From Octopus sinensis (lineage: Eukaryota), in the NCBI RefSeq assembly GCF_006345805.1, contig NC_043016.1, positions 4,402,001-4,466,000 on the forward strand: a stretch of DNA of 64,000 nucleotides. The letters are read 5' to 3'. A model generated the notes under the pieces. It was not told where the DNA came from. It was given only the letters and a program-made list of their open reading frames with translations, and searched no databases. Position numbers and translations under genes: made by a program. Below are positions 51,860 to 64,000 of this stretch, piece after piece. How positions within the stretch are numbered: position 1 is the stretch's first letter; each line of letters opens with the position of its first letter.

Positions 51860-52072
51860 ACCTATCCATTCTTGTTGCTTCTTTCTCGCTTATAATCACC
51901 CCACATTACTGTATTGTTAAATCAGTATAGTTTTTTTTGGTGCATCTAAGTTAGGTACCATATTCAAGTAAATTTTTTAAATTAACTTGAATCTTTATTG
52001 CTCTTTGTATATATATATATATATATTTTTTTTTTATATATCCGCTTCTCTATATATAGATGTATACTAATC

Positions 52073-52141
<69 letters not shown>

Positions 52142-52169
52142 CCAATCTATCAATAGTTATGTGTGTGTG

Positions 52170-52375
52170 TCTTTGTGCTTATGTCCCCTACCATCGCCTG
52201 ACAACCGATGTTGGTGCGTTTACGTCCCCGTTACTTAGCGATTTAGCAAAAGGATATGTATTATGCTTACAAAGAATAAGGCGTGTGGTCAATTTCTTCT
52301 TCTAAAAATATCCTTTGAGGCGCTACATCAGCTTGGCTGCGGTCAAATGTCTGAAACAAGTGAAAGAAAAGAATA
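52170..52375 (+). mobile_element. SINE family B, 3' half
   Basis: GACAACCGATGTTGGTGCGTTTACGTCCCCG...GGTCAAATGTCTGAAACAAG matches 37120-37310. Confidence 0.8.
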
Positions 52376-52427
52376 TATATATAAATCTTTTATCTTTTAT
52401 CTTTTCTCTTTTACGTGTGATTGACAA

Positions 52428-52600
52428 CAGCCATGGTAGGACACCTCCTTGATGAGTTTGGTCGAACAGGTCAACATCACAGCTTTTCTAAGCCGGATAT
52501 TTATTCTATCGATCTCTTTTTTGCCAGGCTGCTAGATCTTAGGGATGTAAGCGAGCAAACACTGGTTGTCAAGCGGTTCTGAGAGACAAGCACAAATATT
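52428..52600 (-). mobile_element. SINE family B, 3' half, inverted
   Basis: Reverse complement resembles the same 3' half; tail-to-tail with the preceding copy. Confidence 0.65.
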
Positions 52601-52980
52601 CATGTAGATATATGGTAGGTATCATTATAGAGCGCCGTAGAAGGGGGACAAACATAGTTTGACTATGATAAAATACACATTTTGTTCGATCATTTTCATG
52701 TCAAAAATACATTTCTTGCGGAAAGTTTTATATCATCTGAAAGTTCTGAAAGTTCTGGATCTGAACTTTTTTTTCATATACTTCCGATCAAAATCCGATT
52801 CTTACCTATCATGTCAAGGTCCCTTAATCACCCTGGCATTTCCACCAATTCACAAAATTTGTCCCGTCTTTTTTATTTATTTATTTTTGTTTTTAACTGC
52901 TGAACGGTGGCCTTCATTCTGGTTCAATACGCTGGAGTACTATAACTTGATTTGTGTTGAGAATCGTACGACCACGAAAA

Positions 52981-53395
52981 GGTGATCTTATATCAAGATA
53001 AACAGTGCATGACTTTGTCGGTGGGGCCCAGTTAGAGTTTTCTTCAGGTCGAGTAGCACATCCCGCTCAAAAGGTCTCTGAATAATGGTTGTTTAAGGAT
53101 GTTGAATGAACCACCGATGTTTCCAATGGTGAATTATCCAAAGCCCAAAGAATTCCTTTCAACAAATGGCTATGATGTTCCTCTACTACTTCTGCTCGTG
53201 ATCAGAGATGCATATATCGTCAGCCACTAAGGAACATGCTCAACTGGTTAAGGCCAAACAACTGACAAGCAAAAGCTCACCTTCTCATTTCTGCAGTTAT
53301 TACACCGTCACATTTTAAACGATGTACATGATATCAATTAAGATCAGAAGCCATGAGAGCCACTACCTGGTATTGCATCAGGGCATTTATTTATT
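52981..53395 (-). mobile_element. ~550-bp interspersed repeat, partial copy 2
   Basis: Aligns with about 53780-54208. Confidence 0.85.
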
Positions 53396-53450
53396 TATTC
53401 ATTTATTTATTCATTATATATATATGCCCGCGTGTGTGTGTGTGTATAAA

Positions 53451-53544
<94 letters not shown>

Positions 53545-53549
53545 TATTA

Positions 53550-53611
<62 letters not shown>

Positions 53612-53615
53612 TTTA

Positions 53616-54830
<1,215 letters not shown>

Positions 54831-54836
54831 TTATTA

Positions 54837-54899
<63 letters not shown>

Positions 54900-54902
<3 letters not shown>

Positions 54903-55560
54903 TATGTTTGACTTTTGCTTTGCATTTCTACAAGTTGGCTCCAAGTCTCACCCAGAGACCTCAAGAGACAAGTTGGAAGTTTGTGTTGGTGTTATGCTTA
55001 GGGTGCCATTTATTTGGTTTTGTACTTAGTGTTGTACAAGTGAATGCCTAAAAAAAAACATACGAAAATTGTTTGTTTTAAAACTTGAGATTACATAGAA
55101 AGTATTTTGCATAGGATATGAGCAGTTCCCATGAGCACTATCTTTTGAATTTCCGCCATTTTGAATTTCCTGGTATCTGAGTTAGTTAGCAATCAGCCCC
55201 TTTTTGCTATCATTCCCAAGGCACCTATGACAACAGGTATTGTTTTAGTCTTCAGGTTCCACATTTTGCTGATTTCTATTTCAAGATCTTTTATATTTGC
55301 TCAGTTTTTGGTAGGTCTTGACAGATATGTTTATATTGATTGGGACAGTCATATCAATAAGGAGGCATGTTTTTTGTCTGAAGTCTTTCAATATGATGTC
55401 TGGCATATTTGCATTTATCTTTCTGTCAGTTTGAATGGTGAAGTTCCTGAGGAGTGAGATGTGGTTATATTCCAGCACTGGTGGTGGTTTGTGTTCCCAC
55501 CAGTTTTTATCATGGGGCAAGTCCAAGATTTTACAAATTACCCTGTGAATATATTGTGCA
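54900..55560 (-). mobile_element. R4/Dong-type LINE 3' fragment (same subfamily as 46730 and 60100)
   Basis: LPHDKNWWEHKPPPVLE...QTDRKINANMPDII; shared 3' UTR. Confidence 0.9.
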
Positions 55561-55584
55561 TAATATTATTGTGAATAATATTGT

Positions 55585-55613
55585 GAATATTATTTTTATT
55601 ATTATTATTATTA

Positions 55614-55658
<45 letters not shown>

Positions 55659-55844
55659 TATTATTATATTATTATTATTATTATTATTAATATTATTATT
55701 ATTATTATAATTACTATTATTATTATTATTATAATTTTTATTATTATTATTAATATTATTATTATTATTGTTATTATTACTATTTTATTATTATTATATT
55801 ATTATTATTATTATTATTAATATCATCATCATCATCATCATCAA

Positions 55845-55899
<55 letters not shown>

Positions 55900-56039
55900 A
55901 TTACTATTATTATTATTATTATAATTTTTATTATTATTATCAATATTATTATTATTATTGTTATTATTACTATTTTATTATTATTATTATTATATTATTA
56001 TTATTAATATCATCATCATCATCATCATCAATATTATTA

Positions 56040-56071
<32 letters not shown>

Positions 56072-56084
56072 ATTATTATTATTA

Positions 56085-56112
<28 letters not shown>
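55585..56112. repeat. (ATT)n/(ATC)n array with internal duplication
   Basis: Directly visible. Confidence 0.95.
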
Positions 56113-56119
<7 letters not shown>

Positions 56120-57225
56120 ACCTCGCACAGTGCCTAATATTGTTATGTCATAGAATGAAGATATTGTGTATACCTGGGGTTTGTACTGTCTGCCAAATCA
56201 CAACAAGCACCTCAGATAGACAGTACTTTACGCATTATGCGTGCAGTTTCAAGCAATGCTGATTCTTGTAATACACTAAGTTTGTAGGGTATCTCTAAAG
56301 TGCCCAGATGTTTTCTAAGATCGGGTGGTATTGAACACAATGCTTCAGATGACAGCAGGGAAAATCTTTATGTTTGACTCCTGCCGCTGTCACATCTTGG
56401 CAATTCTCAGTTCTTAGGCCTCCATATTTATCAACCTTTTTTCTTCCTTTAATGATAATATGTTTATCTCCTGGTACTGCCACGTCCTTTATTAAGCACT
56501 CACGTTTCTCCCTCTTAAAGGTTATTGTATCCGGTCTTCGGTGCTCTAACAGCTTGTCTGTCCAGAAGTCAAAGAGTCAGAGGATCTTTACTTCCAATTT
56601 TCGTCATTGTCTTTTCCGGTGTATGTTGGTACCAAGCACTCGTTACACCGTATCCATACTTCTGGCATTGTAGCCAATGAAAGTTTGGGGCTATGTTGTT
56701 GTGTCTGCGCTTGTAGTCTTTCTGCGCAAGATTTTCCCATGCACTAACAGTGTGAGTCACGCTTTCGACCCTCTTCCCACACATTCTGCTGAGGTTCGTT
56801 GCACTTGTGTGGTATATATCTCTTTTCACTGATTTGGTATTCACTACCTGGCCCTGGGCAGCGATGAACAGGCTTTCAGTCTTCTTCTTTTAGGTCACCC
56901 TTACTGAGCTACCTCCATGATGCTTCCTGGTATTTTGAGTTGTTAGTTTCACGGTGGAACTGGCCATGTAATTCCATGTGGAGTAGAGTTTCTTCTCTCT
57001 CATTGGCTATTCATGATTGGAATCGATTAGCACTCTCAAGTCTTGGTAAATCCTGTTTTAGCAGCATACTGTAACAGGTCTTGTGCGCAGTTTACCAAAT
57101 ACTCTGCCATGTTTCTTCTTTAATTGTTGATGCATTCCCGTACACTATTCAGACCACGTCCACCTTTACACCTCTTCATGTAGAACCTGTGTACGTTCAC
57201 TTTAGGGTGGGGGACACTGCATTGT
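56113..57225 (-). mobile_element. R4/Dong-type LINE 3' fragment (third subfamily)
   Basis: HPKVNVHRFYMKRCKGGRGL; CGKRVESVTHTVS..NLAQKDYKRRHNNIA...HW. Confidence 0.8.
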
Positions 57226-57508
57226 CATCGTCTTTCAGGTAGTGTGATGATAAAATGGGCGCACTATAGCAGATTACAACAATCATCGTCATCGTCGTCG
57301 TCATCATCATCCTCACCACCACCACCACCACCATTATGATTATCACCATCATCATTAAATTATAGTTAACTTTTAAAAAATCTTCAAAACATTAAAATGT
57401 AAATATATAAAAAAAGCTGCCTTTCTTTTTTTTTTAATATACAGATAATTATCAAATAAAAATAGGTTACTTGATGTGTGAGATGCAGCAATAATATAAC
57501 AATAATGT

Positions 57509-57596
57509 ATTTTGAAATCGATCTTAGAAATATTGGAAATCGATCTATAAGATATTTGAAATCGATGTATGGAGTATTTGAAATCAATCTACAGTG
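57509..57596. repeat. Four 22-bp tandem repeats with a GAAATCGAT core
   Basis: Units begin at 57509, 57531, 57553 and 57575; about 14 conserved and 8 variable bases. Confidence 0.8.
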
Positions 57597-58034
57597 CATC
57601 TGCATATTATAAATCCAAATAAGCATCAAATTAAATTTCTTATTGCCCAGTTAAAACTTATTTTGAACATATCTCACTTCGTTGGTGCATAACGATGAAT
57701 AAGAAGTCATTTTATTCCAGCTCATGTTTTTATATAAATATCCATAGGAATTTGATGCTATCACAGCTCAAGAAAAGCATGGCAGTTCTCTTAAGAATAC
57801 AAAGCAGATGCAAAGGAAAACGTGCCGTTTCTATACAGTGGCATCGAATAAATCTTCAGTTATATTAATCGTGGAGCAAATTAAGTAGTCAAGCATGCAC
57901 CGACGAATACGTTCGTAGTTGTCGTATTCGAAGATAGTTGTTAAACGGTCAGTAATGATATTTATTGACTATTATCGCTCGTCAAATTTCAACATTCGTT
58001 TAAGATGCGATTGTTCATATTAATGAAAAGGGAA

Positions 58035-58480
58035 ATGAGTGGGGAGAAACCTGGAACGAAGCCAACCGCGCAAAACGTGAATATCACAAAGAGCTGAATG
58101 CACAAAGAGGTGGATGCACAGAGGAGAAGTGTAGTTTGATGAGTGTTTAAGACTGAGTACAGAACTGTAATAAAATCCTCCAGTGGAAAAGATTTTAAAA
58201 AGGATGAAAGGAGCATTTTAAATAATCAATACAGCTACGCTCAGCTCACCACAATCTCAGTTAAGGAAAATATGGCCATCGGCGCAATGAGGAGGCTGCA
58301 GCAGAGCTGCAATGAAATCCATACCATCTTAAAACGGATGAACTGACTGTACACAGCATATCAGAAAATAAGTAAGTTTGGTCATAGCCACAATGCCGGC
58401 TGGATGATAAATTTTAATCATAGAAAGCTACTGCAACAATTGAATATAAAGATATCATGTGCTTAAAAATCAGTCGTGTA
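58035..58480 (+). mobile_element. Possible pogo/Tigger (CENP-B HTH) N-terminal remnant
   Basis: Broken frame ending FGHSHNAGWMINFNHRK loosely resembles the FxASxGWLxxFxxRH motif. Confidence 0.3.
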
Positions 58481-59244
58481 AACAATTCGAAAGTGAGGAC
58501 TTTTCATGACAGTTATGAATGCTGCTACTTAAGTTAATGAAAGAAATTCCATGGGATTGCCCAATTTGTTAGAAATTGGGAAATACTTCATAATATACCC
58601 TACATTCTTAGCAAATTGAAGGAAACATCGGGTAATGGTGAAAGCAGATATGTTTTTGGTCATAGGCTTGCCCAGTCTCAGGGGAACAGGAACTAAAAAT
58701 AACAATAACAAAAAGCAACAACTACTAACGTATTTAAACAGAAACAAAAACAGCACAGACACAAAAGATGCTAATTAACGACAAATGTAACAAAAGGTGT
58801 ATCTACATTCGTAGCCTTCCGCTCTCAACATGCAAAATCAATGGCATAAAATATATTTTTATGGAACTAAAGCACTTCATTATTATTACACATTAAGATC
58901 ACTGCTACAAAACACCGCAAATATCAATATACACTCCGATAAGGCTAAATGGAACGTGTATTGGTGGAAGCCTCATAATATATATCAACTCATTCATCTA
59001 ATACATTGAATATTGAATATTACACTCAGTCCCTAATAGCATACGACGAAACTCTTGATATAAAAAACATTCAGAATAAAAACCATCAAAAGCATTCTAG
59101 TCAGGATTATCCAGACAATATTTTTGGTTAATTAGGACTAGATTATCAAATGTGCCCCCCACTCATTTCTTTTTTAAAGGTCATGTGATATGGATTGAGG
59201 AGAGCTTTCGCACATCAAGTGCTGGAAAAATAGAATAGGAGTCA

Positions 59245-59291
59245 TTATGTATGTGTGTGTATGTATGTGTGTGTGTATGTATGTATGTATG

Positions 59292-59324
<33 letters not shown>

Positions 59325-59353
59325 TTGTATGTATGTTTGTATGTATGTACGTA

Positions 59354-59386
<33 letters not shown>

Positions 59387-59405
59387 ATGTATGTATGTAT
59401 GTATG
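59245..59405. repeat. (TATG)n microsatellite
   Basis: Directly visible. Confidence 0.95.
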
Positions 59406-59469
59406 TACTTGTTCCGCTTCAATTCGAAGACCTGTTCACATCCACGGGACTGCAAACTTGATTAATATT

Positions 59470-60050
59470 ATTTTCTTTAACATTTCAAATGACAAAACCA
59501 CACCTGTCCTCAGGTTTGTGTGAACGACCTGGGGAAACTGGGGAAGTTTTTCCCCCAGGAAGTCTTCTCCCATTTTCACATCCCATGATTGGGACCCGAG
59601 GAGTAAGCTATTTTTTTGTCATTTTGCTGTCCTCACTAGCTTTTCTTCGTCTTCCATGAACTTAATTGCTGCAGCTGTTTTCCCTTGATGGTATTTCTTG
59701 AATCTTTTCTGCTCCAGGGTGTTAGTGAGTGTTGCAAGCACCTTGTTATGATGCCACTTGTATCTTCTTTGAGTAAAAGATGTTTACCACCTTCATAAGA
59801 TGTGTGCCAGTGTATTCCTTTCTCAACAAAGTTTACCCAACTGGTTCCCCTCCAGACCCCAATCATGCAGATTTGTTGACGTTGGGAGTGTGTCATACAC
59901 TGTCAGCAACAAAAGGCAGGTACGGAAAGGTTCCAGTCTCCATAAATAAAGAAAATAAAGGCGAATGCAGGTCTGTTAGACTTAAGAAGCTACATTATGA
60001 GCAATGTTTTCATTCAGAGAACTCAGAGGCGGTGTTGTCTCAAAAATGCT
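59470..60050 (-). mobile_element. HERO-like (REL-type) LINE C-terminal remnant
   Basis: Minus strand reads QRRYKWHHNKVLATLTNTLEQKR and WDVKM...FPQVVHTNLRTGVVL, similar to the HERO RYxWRHNxVL and LRPDIVL motifs. Confidence 0.6.
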
Positions 60051-60099
60051 AAACAGACAGATCAGTCCCTAATGTCAACGTTCAAGCTCGTCATGCCTC

Positions 60100-63000
60100 A
60101 ATGATAATAAAGCAAAATATACACTGGATCGGTCGTCACCAGGGTCAACAAGGACCACACACCCTAGTGAGGGACCAGACTGCTGGCTTAAATCTTAACG
60201 AAAGACAGGAGCTGGAAGTACCCCACAACTGGAATGTTCCAACAGATAGCCATCTATGCTTGTTATCAAATAACCAAAAGACACAGGAATAAAAAATGGT
60301 CAAGGAGAGATAATAAAGAATTTCTTAAGGCCTTCTATCATGTCACGTATTTCCCAACAAATAAATCTAATACTGAACAAACCTACCTAAATTAGAGAGA
60401 GAAGTACCTTGAAGTAAGATCCTATATAGATAGTAACAAGCTTGCCAATGTCAGAAGAAACATTATAAAAAAGAAATTACCAACAGAATTAAAGAATGAC
60501 CAAATTAAACAATCAGAAAGAGATAAAAGAAACTAAGTTGCAGCTAAAGAAGATACTACTGAGGAAATAATTACTGACCAACCAAGGCCTGATAAAAATG
60601 AAGTAATGATAGAAAAAGTCAATGTTACTGATAAGTGAAATAATACTCTCTGAACCAGCCATAAATGCCAAGGAAGATGAAAATCAAACGAATGAAGTAA
60701 GTCACACAGAGATTGACCCAAATGAACGAGATTGATCTAAAAAATCAAATCATGACTGAATGGCTGAAAATTAAAGAAACCAGTATGAATGTGGCATTCT
60801 CCCAAAACGTTGCAACTCTAACCAAAACCTGAAAGTAATTGGTAAAATCCGCCTTGCATTTAAAGATATAATTTCAGCTAATGATGTTAATATTACAGAT
60901 CTCAATCACCTGTACTATGTATCTGCAAAGATTTCAACGATTCTATGTTGTGAAAAGATTAGAAAACAACATCTCCACAAAAAGCCTATTACTAAGATCT
61001 GCTCTCAGGAAATCAAGCAAATGGAAGTCTCCAGGAAAGGATAAAATTCCTAGCTTCTGGTTGAATGCCTTCCCAGAGAGTCTTTAACTGCAAACAAAAC
61101 CTTAAAACAATGTTTGCAACAACCTAATATGATTCCCTCTTGGTTAGTTAATGGTTTAACATTCCTTCTTCCAAAAAGTGAAGTAACAAATGGACCAAAA
61201 AAATTATCGACCCATAACCTGCTTAACAACAATGTATTAAACGCTTGCATCTGTCCTGACTGAATATACCTATAGTTTTTTATTAGAAAGCAGCATATTC
61301 CCTAATGAGCAAAAGGGATGTAAACGTGGGTCCTATGGTTGTAAAGATCAGCTACTCATCAATAGGATGACCTCAGAAGATTGTCACAAACAACACAAAA
61401 ACTTGTCAATAGCCTGGATAGACTATAAAAAGCTTTTGATAGCCTACCACATAGCTGGATTAAGAAATGTATGAAATGTATAAAATAGCGCCTACTCTGC
61501 AAAACTTTTTGTCTGTAAGTATGAGATCATGGAGAACCACACTAAATTTGAACAGTGACGATGAATCTCTCAATGCTGTTGAAAAAATTTCATGTGGCAT
61601 TTTCAAGGGTGAATCACTATCACCATTCCGCTTTTGTCTAGCCTTAATACCTCTTCCAAATTTTGCTCGATGATGTACAGTATGGTTGTAAAATGTTTGA
61701 TAAAAATATAAATCATCTCATTTACATGGATGATTTAAAACTCTTTGCAAAAGATGACCAACAACTCAATGGCTTACTAGTAACTGTTAAACACTTCTGG
61801 TCTGATATCAGGATGCAATTTGGCCTTGATAGAAGTGCAAAAGCAAACTTTATCAGAGGAAAAACGAGAGAAACATCCAATGTTAATCTTGAACAACAGA
61901 ATGTCATAAAGGAGTTAGAACCAGTGGAGAGCTACAACTACCTAGGGGTACTTGAATCAAACATGCAGTGATAAGGGAAAGGATCAGAAGAGAATGTTAT
62001 CGCAGAGTGAGAGCAATACCGAAGACAGAGCTGAATGCAAAAAACAGGATTGAAGTGATCAATACTTTAGCCATACCAGTCGTGACATACAGTTTCAATA
62101 TTGTTAACTGGTCAATTACTGAAGTACGTAATCTTGACAGCAGAATACGAAAATTGTTGACAATGCATAGAATGTCAACAATAATATACAATGCACCACC
62201 CCAAGGCAGATGTAAAACGATTTTACCAGCCAAGGAAAGAGAGTGGTCATGGACTTTTACATCTGGAATTAATAATGAAGATTGCCACAAATGGCCTAAA
62301 CACCAACCTGAAAAAACTCTGAGGATTGGATGTTAAAACTTGTCTCAAAACATGAAAACAAGAAAGCATCATACTCAGTAACAAAACAAGCAAAGAAATA
62401 TTTAAGTGAACTCCAAATACAAATTCTAGAATTTGACTACAAGAAACAAGTATAGTAAAAGCTAAGTGTATGAAAACCCGTGCTAAAACTGCTGTCTTTG
62501 CTATTCTGAATGATAAATGGCAAGAAAATACCTCTCAATGGCAAATACCCAAAGAGATGTTGACAAAGACCTGACCCATCAATGGCTAATGGCCTCTGGC
62601 TTAAAATCTGAAGCAGAAGGGTTTATCATAGCAGCCCAAGATCTATGCCTACCTACATGAAACTACCAGGCCAACATATTAAAGAACGGCAGTAGCCCAA
62701 CATGTTGTATATGTCAACAACAAAATGAAACCATTGATCATATTGTCTCCAAGTGCAGTCTTCTTGCGCCTACAGAGTATCTCAACAGGCATGATAGTGC
62801 TGCATAATATATTCATTGGGTAATTTGCAAAAGCCTGGACTTGCCCCATGATAAAAACTGGTGGGAACGCAAATCACCGCCAGTGCTTGAAAATGACCAC
62901 ATCTCACTCCCCTGGAACTTCACCATTCAAACTGACAGAAAGATAGACGCGAATAGGCCAGACATCATAGTCAAAGACTTCAGACAAAAAACATGCCACC

Positions 63001-63850
63001 CTCGTTGATATGACTGTCCCAATCGATATAAACGTATCTGTCAAGACCTACCAAAAACTGAGCAAATATAAAGATCTTGGAATAGAAATTGGCAAAATGT
63101 GGAACCTGAAGACTAAAGCAATACCTGTTGTCATAAGTGCCCTGGGAATGATAGCAAAAGGGACTGATTGTTCTCTATCTCAGATATCAAGAAATTCAAA
63201 AATGGAAGAAATAGACAGAAAGATAGATGCAAATATGCCAGGAGTTCTGTTGAAGGATTTCAGACAACACTCATGCCCCCTCAACAATATGACAGTCCCA
63301 ATCGACATAAATGTATCTGTGAAGACCTACCAAAAACTGAGTAAGTATAAAGATCTTGAAATAGAAATTGGCAAAATATGGAATCTCAAGACTGAAACAA
63401 TACCTGTTGTCATAGGTGCCCTAGGAAAACAGGGCAAAAGGGGCTGATTGCTACCTATCTCAGATATCAGGAAACTCCAAAATGACAGAAATTCAAAAGA
63501 TAGTGCTCATGGGAACTGCCCATATCCTATATAAATTACTGTCTATGTAATACCCAAAATATGTCAACCTGTAAACAGTGTGAAAATACTTTTAAATGTA
63601 CACAACAGCAAACACCCTTTTCTGTCATCTTAACATCAGAATTATCATCTTATAATCAAATTACTTTTAAAACAAACTTCTAATTTGCTCATGATTTGAC
63701 AGACATTCTCTAGAACAATACTCTGTGCAAAACCGAAATTACGGCACCCTAGGCATAACACCAACTTGAACTTCTAACTTGGTGTCACTTGAGCTCTCTG
63801 GGTGAGACTTGGAGTCAACTGGTACAAATACAAAACAAAAGCTAAACTTA
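60100..63850 (+). mobile_element. Near-full-length degenerate R4/Dong-type LINE with duplicated endonuclease segment and (AAT)n tail
   Basis: KKWSRRDNKEFLKAFY; WKSPGKDKIPSFW; HLIYMDDLKLFA; ELNAKNRIEVINTLAIPVVTYSF; EYLNRHD..IHWVIC; ANRPDII; 3' UTR shared with 46730 and 54900. Confidence 0.93.
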
Positions 63851-64000
63851 ATAATGATAATAAAAATAATAATAATAATGATGGTGATGATGGTGATGAT
63901 GATGCTGATGATGATGGTGATGATGGTGATGATGATGCTGCTGCTGCTGATGATGATAATAACACTGACACACACATTTACATATGTGCACATAATCTTT

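Larger units (their letters stand above)
51308..51889. mobile_element. 582-bp palindromic element with two 207-bp inverted arms (51308-51514 and 51683-51889), each carrying a hammerhead
   Basis: Arms are exact reverse complements as far as read by eye; 168-bp spacer; left end abuts (TA)n; no ORF. Confidence 0.9.

Overview
AT-rich eukaryotic DNA, almost certainly from an octopod cephalopod (inferred from the SINE families and microsatellite load). It is dominated by simple repeats and decayed transposons: R4/Dong-type, Tx1-type, CR1-group, RTE and HERO-like LINEs; mariner, Tc1, DD37D-like and DD41D-like transposase remnants; tRNA-derived SINEs; and Helitron-type non-autonomous elements. No conserved host protein-coding gene is recognisable, and nearly all long ORFs in the supplied track are microsatellite artefacts. 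The most striking signal is a Penelope-like element (PLE) and hammerhead-ribozyme (HHR) cluster at 30.5-52 kb. It includes a 3.6-kb near-perfect palindromic Neptune-like PLE with an HHR in each arm, a 582-bp non-coding palindrome whose 207-bp arms each carry an intact type I HHR, a tRNA-headed (Pol III) short element carrying an HHR, and further minimal HHRs. The first three share an architecture of an inverted truncated copy joined to a longer copy. Also noted are a pri-miRNA-like hairpin in a CpG-rich zone and a possible minus-strand multi-exon transcript with a 66-aa, six-Cys small ORF. Coordinates of decayed elements are approximate and were read by eye.
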